Shown piece by piece: positions 1-12,681 of a DNA stretch of 64,000 nt. The notes beneath the pieces were generated by a model that saw nothing but the letters and a program-made list of their open reading frames with translations, ran no database searches and was not told the origin of the DNA. A program made the position numbers and the translations under genes. Source of the DNA: Hormiphora californensis (lineage: Eukaryota; Animalia; Ctenophora); contig CM035350.1 in the NCBI GenBank assembly GCA_020137815.1, positions 4,836,001 to 4,900,000 of the forward strand. Reading direction: 5' to 3'. Positions within the stretch are counted from its first letter, which is position 1, and each line of letters begins with the position of its first letter.

Positions 1-25
1 ATATCAATAATTTAAGAAACACACT

Positions 26-2305
26 TTACAGCTCATCATGTCCTGTCTTCTTCTTCTTTTCCTCGCTCTTCTCTATCTTCTTATCATCCCCATCTATCTT
101 CACGACATACTCCATCTTCTGGTCCTCCTCCTCCTTCTTATCAGATATCTTAACATTGATCCTGTGTCTGTAGTCCTCCTCTTCCTCCTCAGGGTCATCC
201 ATAAACAAGTCATCATCCTCCTCCCTATCATCAATCTCATCAATATCTCCAGCAGGCCCGGTTCCATATCTCTCCCTATCTCTAGCGGGGATATCATCAT
301 CCTTCTCCCTAGCATCCCCACTTGGTATCTCATCTGTAGCGTACTCCCTACCCGACACGTTATCTTCCTCCATGTACTCAGGCTCCTTGCTGGGGTCCTC
401 CATAACATCGTCCATTGCGAGGACTTGTTCACCATTCTCAAATACAGGGTTACCCCCCTCTTTCTGGACCCAATTCTTCAGATTTTCCACGACCATCTCA
501 TCGAAATAGAATATGATGCCGGCGTAGGGAGTGCTCCTCCGAGCTGGTGCTAGCACGACGTAAGGAGGTTCCGCCGTCATGATAAGAGGTCGGGGCAGCT
601 CATTAGTCGCCTGGTTCATCATTCCAACAGTAAGGGTGGTATAGTTGGCAAACTTTTGTCCGAATTGTAGGAACTCATCCTCCCAGAACTTGCAGGATCG
701 ACATTGGTTGGATGATGTCACCAACAAAATAACGTCCTTGTCGAGTTCACTGAAGACCCGGTCAGCACTCAGCCCAACCACATCAATAACCCCATCATGG
801 TCACCCGGGTCCTCATCTGATTTTATCTTAGGGGGAAGGGTGACAGCACTAGTAGCGGAGAAGTAGTTATTTAGGTAGGATTCGAAATACCCGAGGTAGT
901 CAGCCCTGCTCCTTTCCTCCCACTTCCTCAACTCTGGCAGGTCGGGTGTGTACTTTCTGTCAAGGTCATTGGAGATAAGGAAGAGGAAGGGAACCTTTGC
1001 ATTTATCGTATCGACCTCCTCGAACTTTGTAGAAACCTCAGCCTTGTCTCCCACAAAGAAGGTGATTCTATCAGAGAACTTGGCAGCAATGGGTGCCAGT
1101 TCCTCCTTCAGTTGCTTCAGCTCCTCGAACCCCCAGGCAGGGTCGTCTAGGTAGATACCGACGTGGTGGGGTAGGTCATCCACCTGTTTAATCCGCCTCC
1201 AGGCGTCAATGTGGTTTATTAGAGAGAACTCGTTCGCCTTGAATTGCCTCATAAACCAATCCTCGTTGACGGATGCATCAGTAGGCAGGGGGACCTCAAC
1301 ATAGGGGGGTTCAGCGCTGGTAAGTGCCTCGAAGTAGTGTTTGATGACTATCTTGGGCTTTGTAACCCCCATCTCATCTATCAGGGCCTTCTCATCCACA
1401 TAAAACATCTTTACAGTGTCTCGGAGGGATTTGGCAAAATTCACAAACGCTTCCATCGCAACAGTATTCCTCTCAGGTAACACCAGGGCAATGGCAGTGG
1501 ACTTCTCGTTCATGTAGAAGTCATCCTTTAGAGAGGTCATATTCCTGATTTCTGTTACAGGAGATTTCAGCCAAGACACAGCGTAATCAAGAACTCCCTT
1601 CCAATCGTCCGTAGCGTAGAAGTTGTACATTTTACCATAGCTGAAAACCCTGTGCTCAACGAACCCTTTGAGTGTGATGTTATACTCCTGGGACACCTCA
1701 GGGGACATTGACAAGTCCACCTGTCCTATCCGGACACCGGCCGAGTAAGATGCCTTGTCAACATTATTAGCGGCCTCATGAATCTGGCTCTTCCTCGCGT
1801 TACACTGAATACACCGAACATCAGTAAACTGAACCAGACATACGGGCATTTGGGTACACATGGGCAAGGAGTGGGATGTTAGGGACCATAGGTTGGTCTT
1901 GGCTGGGACGTAGTTAGGGTTCGCCAGGATACCCAACCAGATGTTCAACTCCTGCTCCGAGGTGGCATCCCCGTCAAACAGGGCGGGGTAATGGAAATCA
2001 TCCCCGTCCACTAGAATGGTGGGGTAATGCCAGATATCGTATCGGTCCCCGCTGGCAGGGTGCTCCGAGACATCAACCATTGCTGTCCTCATGTCCACAT
2101 CATCACGATCGTCAAACTGGCTGGCTACCCGTTTGAAGACAGGCATTGCGCTCTGGCAAGCGCCGCAGGAGGGACTGTAAAACATGATGACAAACCGACC
2201 GGATTCGGTGACGAAATCATGGAAATTCCTGTCCTTTAGTTGTGAGATAGATTGAACCCCGGGTAGAGCCCCAAGGGCCAGAACGAGAAACAATAGGGAC
2301 AACAT
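26..2305 (-). CDS. Protein disulfide-isomerase family protein, ERp72/PDIA4-like architecture (a-a-b-b'-a' plus acidic tail), single exon, 759 aa
   Basis: First ATG at 2305 starts a signal peptide (MLSLLFLVLALGALPGVQS). Three thioredoxin-type CxxC motifs (CGAC, CIQC, CRSC), YPTI cis-Pro loop, acidic tail, C-terminal HDEL ER-retention signal. Confidence 0.9.
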   Translation of the reverse strand: MLSLLFLVLALGALPGVQSISQLKDRNFHDFVTESGRFVIMFYSPSCGACQSAMPVFKRVASQFDDRDDVDMRTAMVDVSEHPASGDRYDIWHYPTILVDGDDFHYPALFDGDATSEQELNIWLGILANPNYVPAKTNLWSLTSHSLPMCTQMPVCLVQFTDVRCIQCNARKSQIHEAANNVDKASYSAGVRIGQVDLSMSPEVSQEYNITLKGFVEHRVFSYGKMYNFYATDDWKGVLDYAVSWLKSPVTEIRNMTSLKDDFYMNEKSTAIALVLPERNTVAMEAFVNFAKSLRDTVKMFYVDEKALIDEMGVTKPKIVIKHYFEALTSAEPPYVEVPLPTDASVNEDWFMRQFKANEFSLINHIDAWRRIKQVDDLPHHVGIYLDDPAWGFEELKQLKEELAPIAAKFSDRITFFVGDKAEVSTKFEEVDTINAKVPFLFLISNDLDRKYTPDLPELRKWEERSRADYLGYFESYLNNYFSATSAVTLPPKIKSDEDPGDHDGVIDVVGLSADRVFSELDKDVILLVTSSNQCRSCKFWEDEFLQFGQKFANYTTLTVGMMNQATNELPRPLIMTAEPPYVVLAPARRSTPYAGIIFYFDEMVVENLKNWVQKEGGNPVFENGEQVLAMDDVMEDPSKEPEYMEEDNVSGREYATDEIPSGDAREKDDDIPARDRERYGTGPAGDIDEIDDREEDDDLFMDDPEEEEEDYRHRINVKISDKKEEEDQKMEYVVKIDGDDKKIEKSEEKKKKTGHDEL

Positions 2306-2508
2306 ATAGTAGTTGTAGTGGGAAAAAGAGTACAGTGGAGAGAGCGTGAGAGGGAGGGGGGCTTGATTCAAGGATGTTGGAGCCGCAAGATTCTCACTTT
2401 TCAGACCAGTGACCGGTGTTAGTACTAAATATGTTACACACAAAAACCAACACGGGACATAGTTGTTGAGTAAGGGGGATTAACAAGGACATAGATATGG
2501 ATAGAATA

Positions 2509-3847
2509 GGGTAGACCGGGGTAATTTGGACGGTGGGGCAATGTGGTCACAGGACGGGGCAATGTGGACTAGTGATTTATATGGGACTTTTAAATTGTGG
2601 TGTTTAGTGTGAAATAACGAAAAATGACGACTTTAAAGTTAAACTTTATTTCGGTAAACTTAATTATGATAATTATTTAAATTAAGGGTCAGAATTTCAC
2701 AATATGATATTTTTCTATCCAGTTTCATCATCAAAATGACATTAGCTTTCGATTTAATTAGCTAATTGGCATTTTAATGAAGCGGGGCAATTCGGACAAT
2801 TTGGGGCAATTCGGACGAAAAAATCGGGGGCAATTCGGTCATAATCCAGATTACCCCATGGGGCAATTTGGACTAGACCAAATTGCCCCATGGGGCAAAT
2901 TGGTTAATACAAATTGGCCTCATGGCGCCATTATACTCGTTTCTATGGTAACCATAGACAACCTGCTTTCATAATTATCCTATTCAATCAATATAGATGG
3001 CTAAAACTGAGTAAATAGACCAAAAAATAGAAAAAAAGGCGCATTTTACAACCAATTCTCTGGTTGCCAAGGTAACAAGTCAATCCATGGTGTGGCATTC
3101 GACAATCCAACTTAATACATTGAGTGGGAATCGGCCACTGTTATGATTTATTAGACTGGATCCCCATAATAGTAATTTCTAGCCTTGTAAGCACCTGAAA
3201 ACACAAACATCATTCCTTTGAAAACCGTAGCTTTATTTGTGGCTTTTTGATCTTTGATGTTGATTTTCTCAAAAACCCTATTTGGGATAAGATTAAATCT
3301 TTTTCTAGTCAACTAGGCTAATCCTGAGCTTTCGAAAATGCACCCTACAGCTATAGATCTGATGAACACTTAATTTTTTGGTTAATTAGGCTAATTACTA
3401 CTTAATTAACTAATTTTGAAAAAAGGAATAGCACGGGATACTAAATTACTAGATGAATGAAAAGTTTGAAATCGATATCTCAAAAACTGTGGCTACAATC
3501 TAAGTTTGTCCAAATAGCCCCAACCTCTGTCTGATTTACATCGCAGATTTACAGCTGGGGCAATGTGGTGTGTCGCGGTCACGTGATTGAATGCGCACAT
3601 TGTGATTGGTGTAGAAGCCACTAGTCCAAATTGCCCCGTGTCTCGCGATCAAAAATATTCCGACTTACCTTCATTAACAAGGTTAATTAGCTAATTAAAA
3701 GTTATGTTTTCGATTCAAATTTGTTCTGAGGCTCAAGATAAAGGTTCAGTTGCACAAATTGAGTAGCTAACTAATTGATTAAGTAAATTAATGGCTCTTG
3801 AAATACCAATTGAATGCCAAAACCGTCCAAATTACCCCGGTCTACCC
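2509..3847. mobile_element. Non-autonomous Tc1/mariner-pogo-type DNA transposon (MITE), 1.34 kb
   Basis: Perfect 26-bp TIR GGGTAGACCGGGGTAATTTGGACGGT, TA on both flanks, many internal GGGGCAAT repeats, no transposase ORF. Confidence 0.85.
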
Positions 3848-3951
3848 TACTATGTAACTTTAACTCTGTGGCATGTCTACGAATTCTACGATGGTAACCA
3901 TGTATGATATCAACGCAGTCGAGTTGCCATGGTAACCAACCCCTCTCTCAC

Positions 3952-6900
3952 CTGTGTGATGGGTGATTTCAAGAACTCCTGGGACTGCAGGACTGTCTCT
4001 ACATTCTCGTGGGCGTATTTTAGGGCTGCCTTGGACAGGGCAGTCAGGTTGTGTGCTGCCGCCAGGTTTGCCATATCTGAGAAAGAGAGGAGGGGGATGA
4101 GAGAGATTTAGCACACAGAGTGTGTAAAGTCGGATGGGGGTGACAACTTCAAAAAATCCAACTTTATGTGACCTTGGCGAGTGTTAGGTTGGTCCCAACT
4201 TTGTATTGCTGTGGGATACATGTGTACTCGACAAAGAAAACAGGGTTATTGTGCGAGAGGGTCTCTGCAGACCTTCCCAAGTCACAACAGGGGGGGGTGT
4301 CCCAAGTCCCACTTACTGATACAGTTGTCCGGACAGAGATTCCTTATGAGGGTATCAGTACAGGCCTCCCTGACCTCCTGCAAATCAAACATGTCCGCCA
4401 CACCCAGCAGAGACTCCACCTTCTCTGTGACAATCTGAATTCTACCCGTGTAGATAAAGTTTATCACCTGAGAGGGAGAGAGATATTGGTTCATTCTGCT
4501 CAGGGGTAATATCATTTTGCACCTAATATTAAGTCGTTGTTAGTGAACGTCTGGTGAAATGACTAGACCAAAAAACAAAGGAAAACACCCGTGGCCTTTT
4601 TTCGATACTTGCGCGCTACGGGAAACGCACCCATAATCCGAGCTACTTGGTATTGTTATGCCATCTCTCTCCAAGTTCTCACACTCTTTTTCTCTCCCTC
4701 TCTTCCACTTTTTGCTCCGACGAAGGGTACATTTCCCGTAGCGCTAAGTATCAAAAAAAGGCCACGGGTGTTCCAAACAAATTTCCTTTGTTTTTTGGTC
4801 TAGTTCCTCAGGTTTTTTGAACACAGTTATCAAAATATGCTAATAACGGCTAATCGGTGCAAGATACGACTTTTTGTCCCGGGGACGAACCCCCATAAAT
4901 CGACCATTCGGCGCCAGACAGGGACCAGCTGAAGTTGAAATATTCAGAATATGCATTAAATAATGAATAGATGCATAAATATGCAAATAACGGCCAAACG
5001 GCGCGAGATACGAATTTTTGTCCGGGGGACGACCCCCATAAATCGACCATTCTGCGTCGAAATAGGTCCTAGGACCAGCTAAAGTGGAAATAATCAGAAC
5101 AATGTCATTGTCAATAGACCGTGCTTGAGGCACACCCGGCGCGGTGGGTGCGCTAGTCTAGTAAAACAGTGTATCTACATAGCATTAGCTTGATCCACTA
5201 CAGATCCACTACAGCGCGGCATGGTTCAACACTGTTGACAACAGGAGTGTCCCAGCTGTCCAGAGAAACTGATGTCAGGTTTCAATTTTGTAATTGGAGC
5301 GTAATGGTAATTGCAGGCCATTGTCGCCGACGCCCGACACCGGATGATAAGTATCATGACGTGTTGCCCAGTTCGTTAGTTATTTTCAAACTCAGCTATT
5401 TGTTGCTGTAGTAACGGACACGTGTCATCGATTAGACACTACCCTTCCGTCTTATCCTTTAGACTTTCTTTCCTTGCTTATCTCGCTGTTTTGTCATGGG
5501 CAATATACCTTCATGCAACGGAACCTCTGTTCTTGATAATAATGAAACTTCATACGACAACTACATTGGAAATCTTACCGCTCTTGACAATTCTAGAACG
5601 ACAATGCTCTACGTCATTCTACCTCCAGCACTCCTTGGCATATCCCTCAATATTCTATGTTTGGCGTTTTTCCTGCGCCGAGAGAGGAATGGAATTGGCA
5701 ATCAGATTCTAATCGGACTGGCAACTTCAGATATTATAGTGTGTCTGAGCTCTCCCGCAATGCTATCTTTCCCCTATCAGTATCAATAAGAAAAGCTTAA
5801 TAGGAGCAAAAGTGTTTGATGTGTTAGGAGGATTAAGTTATATCTTCACTCAGGAATTCATGCTAAGTCTTTGGTATCTGAGAATTGTAACTATTTACAA
5901 GCCTCTGGTGCGAATAAAGCCAAGAAACGTTTGGATTTATCTAGCAGTTGAAACCTCGCTTGGCTCTGGTGTGATCGTTGGTATTGACTTTGTGCTCGAT
6001 ACTTCAGACTACTTTCGTGGAGGAAAATATCTTCCCTTGATATCCTTGAAGATTGTTTCTTGGGGAATGTTTACTATCTTCATATGCATGCTACTTTGCT
6101 ACTCTGGTCTGTTAGTGGTGACATGGAAGGCCCTGAGAATCCTGGAGAAGCAGGTATCGTTGGCAACGGAAGAAAACCTTGGCGTCAAAAAACGAGCCCT
6201 AGAGACGCTGAGTCTTATAGTTGTCGTACAGATCCTTACCATTTTTTACCAGTTATGTGCGGAGGTTTACATTTTGATTCTTTTGCAAGATATCCTGGAT
6301 CGTTACAAAGCTGAAGATGATCATTGTGTTGGCCTAGAGGAGAATTTTTACACAGCTTGGTCCTGGATTCTGACTTTATACGTCCAATCAACCATGTCTT
6401 CCCTTGCCAATCCTATTATTCACATCGCCAGGAATAGAGACCTGAACACCTGGGTTAGGAACATGTTTAGACCTGCCGCACGGAGTGTTGTACATGTACC
6501 TATTACCACAACTATCGAAACTACACAACTATAGATCACAACTATAGATCAAAGTAACTGCGATAGAGTTGAAATATTAGCTGGCTGTAATTAATTGAGT
6601 CGCTTGACACGGTGTCCGTGCTCCGAATAAAACAAAAGTATAAACAATTCAAGCAATTATATACCCTGCTAACTTAAATAATGCGCCAGTGGCGAGAAGT
6701 CCCACTAGCGCGCTCTCAGTAAACAGCCAGTCCAGCGGCAGATTATTTCCCACTGGCAGGTTATTTATTTTTAACTCCTACGTAACATTCAAAGTGTGTG
6801 TAAATGATCAGTTCTTGCTAAAATACAGAGGGAACACTATGTGCAACACTTACACACTACATTGGAGAGAAAGAAAGGACACATTCCGTCAATTACTCTC

Positions 6901-8645
6901 TCTTTATCTCCCCTTTTGTCTCACTATCTCTTTCTCTGTGTTATTTGTGACATGCCCCTTATCAGGCTATTTCTTTCACTCTCTTTCCTTAGCAACTGCT
7001 TAGTAACTGTTACCAAACAGTGTACACTCAATTGTGACGTGATTTTAACTATTTCTCAGTTCTCTTTGTGTGTTTTGAAGTGTTCTCTCTCTTGTTGGTG
7101 TGTAATACTTGAAATAAACAACTAAAGCAGGGTATATAACCCATAAACTCTGACCACTGGCACGTTATAGGTTTAAACCCCTCCGCCTCTCCCTCGGCTC
7201 CGCCTCGGGATCGTCGTCGTGATTTAAACCAGTTTATCCGCCAGCGGCGGATAAACTCCAGCTAACTTCTCCCAGCGGCGCGCTGGGAGAAAGTTATCTG
7301 AAATAACGCGCCAGTGGCCAGAGTTTATGCCTCATAAATGCCTTCAAACGTTATTGTAATATTCCATAACACTTGAAATAAAGTATTCATTATATAACTG
7401 CGTTTCTAGTTGTTTTGTTTTGGGGAAGGAGGGTCGAACAAGGCAAGTTTCTGGCAGCGCTTTGGGGAGAATGGCAACCTTTGCGCTTGCCAGCGCAGTA
7501 ATACAAAGCAAGCGTTTGGGACCCCCTTGTAACTTTTGAACAGAACCATCGATCCACTTGAAATTTTGATATCATTGAGGTAACTTTACATACAAAATTT
7601 CAGCGTGCTAGCTCGAAAAGGGCGAAAGTCGCATCCGTATGGCATACTGCACTGCCCCCGAATCGGGCGAAATTAAATTTTCTGCGCCAGAGCTGAGTTT
7701 ATCCTTTAAGATTTGATCTTATTATGTTCTTGGATGACCTTAGAAGGGGTGGGATGGTTTTTTGCAGACCCACATTAGGCCACGGGGCACTTGCCAGTGC
7801 AGTACGATATCTCTTGAGATGATTCACCTTTACAACGCACTGTTCATCAACGTCCTTCAGCTCCACCGTGTCCGTTTGGCCCTCCTTGAGGTCGGTAGTA
7901 AACATAGCCCGGAAATACTTGCTGGAAGCGGACAGGATACACCTGGGACACTATAGGTTGAGAATTAGTCGCCGAGATATATTATAATAGGTTGGGAGCA
8001 CTTAAGCACTACTGCACTCCGGTACTATAGTACTTGTTGAGTAAGCTGGGTGACAACAATTCACAACTCACAACACCATCACTTACTTGTGAGCCTTCAT
8101 CTCACTATCGCCAATTTTGATGACACAATCAGTAAACTGCCTCGCTTGGAAGACATCACCAATTCCATCTAGCAGTTGTCTGGCGTGCTTCTCTGATGTG
8201 TATTCCCGTAATAAGCCGTCTGACGTGGCGACCGATCGTAACCTGGTAGGAAATGCAGGACATGGTTAGAGAGAGTGGGAAGTAACCTGGTACATAGTGG
8301 GATATGGTTAGACAGGGGAGTTACAGCTTGAACATTTATCTAGGGAGGTGGACATAAGCAGGGCTACCAAGGTCTAGAATTATCCGTCATCACACAGTTG
8401 TCGTGTAACCGTGATATATCGTTTCTTTGTGAGTCAAGAGTCAGTTGAAAACCAAAAAGATATAATTACAGCATGTATCTAGAGAGCTTATTCCAATTTT
8501 CCCATTTTCCACGCTTTTTAAATGCCGCATGAAGGCCCGGTTTCAGAGGGCTTTGAGGCTCATCTGGGGCAGTGGGTTTACTACCGCTCTGATCTTGGTC
8601 CAGAAACCTCCAGGCTTCCCCACCATTGTCATTTTTCTTGTCCAT
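3952..8645 (-). CDS. BTB-BACK (Kelch-like/KLHL-type) protein, 5' part; 3' exons lie beyond the window start
   Basis: Phase-consistent GT-AG exons 8645-8470, 8242-8087, 7942-7828, 4467-4317, 4076-3952 encode FTDCVIKIG..MKAHKCILSASSKYFRAMFTTDLKE..VINFIYTG..LLGVADMF..LCPDNCI plus a BACK start. The last exon ends in a GT donor. Exon 1 is the least certain. Confidence 0.85.
4566..4800. mobile_element. Small MITE (~235 bp)
   Basis: TIR GACCAAAAAACAAAGGAAA with further inverted match (CACCCGTGGCCTTTTTT), TA flanks. Confidence 0.75.
5496..6534 (+). CDS. Rhodopsin-like (class A) GPCR, intronless, with one +1 frameshift near 5770 (assembly error or pseudogene)
   Basis: N-glycosylated N-terminus, TM1 GxxxN (LGISLN), TM2 LAxSD, TM7 NPIIH. 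Removing one base in TTTCCCC joins ORF 5496-5789 to ORF 5812-6534 (..MLSFPISINKKSLIGAKVFDV..). Confidence 0.8.
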
Positions 8646-8734
8646 TACATGAATTACAAGAAGACAAAACACCGCAAAACACGATTAGAGATTAAAAAGT
8701 TTAGGCTGTAAATAGTCCAATCTCCATGTTGATG

Positions 8735-8735
<1 letters not shown>

Positions 8736-8820
<85 letters not shown>

Positions 8821-8832
8821 TCTTCTTCTTCT

Positions 8833-8880
<48 letters not shown>
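8736..8880. repeat. (CT)n/(CTT)n microsatellite; similar CT/GA tracts at ~13465-13820, 14090-14372, 24546-24648, 41815-42030, 48608-48752, 53388-53745
   Basis: Directly visible; these tracts generate the spurious RE/LS-repeat ORFs. Confidence 0.95.
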
Positions 8881-8881
<1 letters not shown>

Positions 8882-9847
8882 CACTCGTCTAACACGCCAG
8901 TTTTTACACAAAATCCTAGTCCTAACACGCATCACACTGTGTCAGGTGTCTCAAATTAGACTTTTTTTAAAGAAAAGTGACTATACGCTTACATAACATG
9001 CCGACCGAATATAATGAGATCAAGAAAAGTCTAGAACCGGTAACCTCACAAGCAGTATATTATACTTCTGAGAAACCCGGTCAATACTCAATTGTAACTT
9101 TCAATTGACCGAGTTCTTCAGAAGTCTTCTACAGTGTAAGATCGTTAGGTACCTATTTATAGCTCCGAGCCATCGGATTCGTGACGACAACTTGGGGTCG
9201 AGGGACTTTTTGTTCATCATAATGGGGCAACCTAATAGTTCTAGAGCATATCGCTCTCTGCTTCTAAATAACGTACACAAATTACAGAGAAGAAAGAACA
9301 CGAGAGTGAGCTTGTTTCCATGCTAATAAGAGTGCAGCAAGAGGGCACCCCCTGCTGCACAGTACTCCTCGTGACAAGGACACGTGGTCTGTTGTGTAGG
9401 ACTGTAGGAGAGTAATTGAAATGTGTTCAAATTACCGACTTGTAGCAATATATCAAACTTGAATAGATAAGATCAAAGAGGTGTTCCGTACGTGAATCTT
9501 GTCAAATGTTTCTATTTTGCTTGGCAGCTTTGGAACTTTAATCCATCAGAATTATTATACAGAGTTTAGTTCATGTATGGCCATTATAATAGCCGCCACT
9601 TGTTTATTGCATGCATCAACAGTTCTTGAGAAGCTTGTCAGATACATACACGTACAGTGTATTATCAGATAAAGAGGGGGCAGTGCAAGGAATGAGGTGA
9701 TGGTGTGCGTATAGCATGTTGGGTTTTAATATAATTCTGATTTCTAAGTTACCTTACCAAATGTCAATACCCAAGCCTTCTCACGAAAATGAATAAAACC
9801 TGTTGTCACGCGCTCAAATTTGAGAATCGAATGAGGTATGGCACCGC

Positions 9848-11030
9848 GGGGGGGGGCCCGCGTATTAAAATGTCCTTTAATGTCCCTCGATTTTTGGGAC
9901 ATTAAATTGCCCGTTTTTATTTAGGACATTAAAGGACATTAACGGACATTAAAAGACATTAAAAGACATTAAATTATAACTTCCAAAAACCATTTCAAAA
10001 TGTGTTACCAAACATGTTTACCGCTAGTGTACTACTAAAGGTCCCATCTTTCGATTCCAATGAATGTTCATAAATGTTCAGTGGTGATTAGGCTTGCTTA
10101 GTCATAAAAATTAGTGCTCAAATCCTAAATTTACGATTTTTAGGTTTTTTAGGTTTTTTGGCTTTTATTGGTTTTAGGAACGTCCTAGAACAAAATGATT
10201 AGAACCATCTTTCTCAGCGTGAAATTCTGCATCGATTTTAGTGGCTATAAACCTTTCTATGACGTAAGGTTATCCCAAAAAATCCCAAACGGGTACATGT
10301 TATAGGGGCGGGTACATGTTTTAGGCTAACGGGCGAGCCTCTTGTCAGGACACCATGTTCTAGGTACTCAATCGACGTGCATTGATGAGGAAATCTGTCT
10401 GTGTAACGAATAAAACCTAAAAAACCTTACCACATGAAGCATACCCGTTTGGTTTTTTGGGATAACTTCTGAACCTTACGACTACGTCATAGAAAGGTTT
10501 ATAGCCACTATAATCGATGCAGAATTTCACGCCGAGAAAGATGATTTTATTTATTTTGTTCTAGGACGTTCCTGAAACCTATAAAAGCCAAAAAACCTAA
10601 AAAAAACCTAGAAAAACCTAAATTTAGGATTTGAGCACTTAAAAATTTTTTGACTTCTAATTAGACACCAAAGACCATTCTGACTTAGTTTCATCAAAAT
10701 CGGGGCTATTTTCACTTTAAAACCTTGACATTTAGTCCAAAACTTCAAAATTTCCGGGGTTCGCTTAGAGGTACCGGGCCACCCTAAAACGAGGCTTAAT
10801 CACCCCCAAAATCTATGTTATTGGTTGGAATCGATAGAGGGGACATTAGGAGTAAATATTAAGTGGTTGAAAACATCATTTTAGTTTAATAATAGCTGAA
10901 AATTCATGTTTTAGTTAAATGTCCTTTAATGTCTTTTAATGTCTTTTAATGTCCTTTAATGTCCCAGGGACATTAAAGTCGGACGTGTTTATTTAGGACA
11001 TGGATATTAAATTCACGCGGGCCCCCCTCC
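9848..11030. mobile_element. Poly-G-capped foldback element, 8-bp TSD
   Basis: Ends G9-CCCGCGT / ACGCGGGCCCCCCTCC, TSD GGCACCGC (9840-9847, 11031-11038), subterminal GACATTAAA repeats in inverted orientation, internal inverted block. Confidence 0.85.
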
Positions 11031-12480
11031 GGCACCGCCATACAGAACAAAACAAGATGGTAACAGTATTCAGTAAAAAAATAAAACGGTACTTCACACT
11101 CAGTCAATGAACTATGAATGATGTCCTAGACTGAGACAAACTTCCGTACTACCTTTGCAACTTTTCTCCCTCATCTCCCTCGACGTAATCCTCCAACTGT
11201 ACCATTGGCGTGTTTTATGAAGGAGCACAACAGGAATATAGAGATTTATGAAGGAGCACAAACGGTAGAACTGTACATAAAGAGCAAAGTCATTCAACCA
11301 CAGGTGATGTTGTTATTCACTGCATGCTTATCACCTTAGTATAGCCACTACATAACAATGCCCCCACATAGTGCGTGCCTCTCACAGATAGTCCACACAG
11401 TACTTTTTGTTCTTCATTCATTAAATTTATCCCTCCCTCTATCACATATTATATACTGTATCCTCTTATTGTTCTCTGTTTTCCATTTCTCTCCCTCTAG
11501 ATCAATCCTTTTACTATCTCTCAGTCTTACTTAATCTTGTTCTCTCTCACTTCGGGGAGGATCGGCCCGTTCTATGGCCACGTGAGCTCTCTTTAAAAAA
11601 TCATCCATAAATTATTATACAGAAGAAAGAGAGGTCCTGATTAATCAGCTGGAGTGCTGCAAATGCTTGCTTTATACCTGTTAAAACCTGCAAAAACACG
11701 CACAGCTGCCTCACGTAGAACTAGTGGAGAAAGAGACGGCATGAATAATGTGAATTAGAGAGATCTTGTATCAATAATACGCACTATATGCAGGGAACGG
11801 GAACTCCTACAAAGAAGCTTCAAGAGCGGGACCGGGATGTGTTATAGGCGACTCCTGTTTCAGTATATTAATAAACAAGAGAACAGCATGCAGTCACCCC
11901 TCCACTACCGTCTACCAGCCTCACGCAGCAAGGCAAGCGAAGCCCGCGAAGCATAATAGGTGCAATGGCATCACCAAGAGAACAGTTCAGTGTTCACTGC
12001 CAAATCAAGAAAACTGATCCTATTTCTAAGTTCACCTCGTCTGGCGACGCCGACCCCATCTATAAGCGCACTGTCAATTCGGGGTCTGGCACCGCCAGAC
12101 AGAGTTCAGGGAACTCTGTCTGGCGGTGCCGAATTAAAAAGAGTGACATTGTACCACCCCGAGGTGTGAACTCCTCGGGGTGGTACAATGTCACTCTTTT
12201 TATAAATGCGCTTATAGATGGGGTCACTGACAAGTATCGGGCTGGTATAATAAGATCAGTGACAAGAGTATAACTCACCCTCCTTCACCCCACTCTACTT
12301 CGCCAGCAGTTACGACAGGAACCTCCACCATGAACAAAATGAACAGATGAACAAGGGGGGCCGGGGAAATATCTCCACGGAGGTGCATCACAGATTCTTT
12401 GTACGGAGGTGCAAATTCTTTGTTCCACCCGGCAACATGCACCGCTCAGAAGTCACCGAACTAAACTAACACATAACTAA

Positions 12481-12681
12481 CAGTGCTGCTTGTAGTGGGA
12501 ATACGGTGTCTGAATAATACGGTAATTGACCATTACGGTTTCTGAAATACATATGTATTTGAAATACATATATATTTCGGTATCACGTGTTGTCAATCTG
12601 GCGCTCTGATTGGTCTCGTCTTACCGTTTTTCACTGATACCGTTTTTCACTGATACTGTATTCTCACTACAAGCACCCATG
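12481..12681. mobile_element. ~190-bp MITE family; related copies at ~22020-22200, 24782-24962 and 25991-26171
   Basis: Imperfect TIR CA(G/C)..GCTTGTAGT / ACT(A/G)CAAG..CACTG flanked by TAA/TTA. The three later copies are nearly identical to each other. Confidence 0.7.

Noticed and set aside
4840-5162. Possible Helitron 3' end (hairpin plus CTAG) with internal duplication
   Set aside because: 5' end and insertion site cannot be defined from one copy.
5765-5812. Programmed frameshift in the GPCR
   Set aside because: A single extra base in a homopolymer is more simply an assembly error or pseudogenisation; no recoding signal is evident.
6650-7385. Permuted inverted repeats around CCCTCGGCTCCGCCTCGGG, possibly Crypton-like
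   Set aside because: Boundaries unresolved and no coding evidence.
9000-11340. Coding-like fragments flanking the foldback element
   Set aside because: Multiple stops and no recognisable family; at most a decayed pseudogene.
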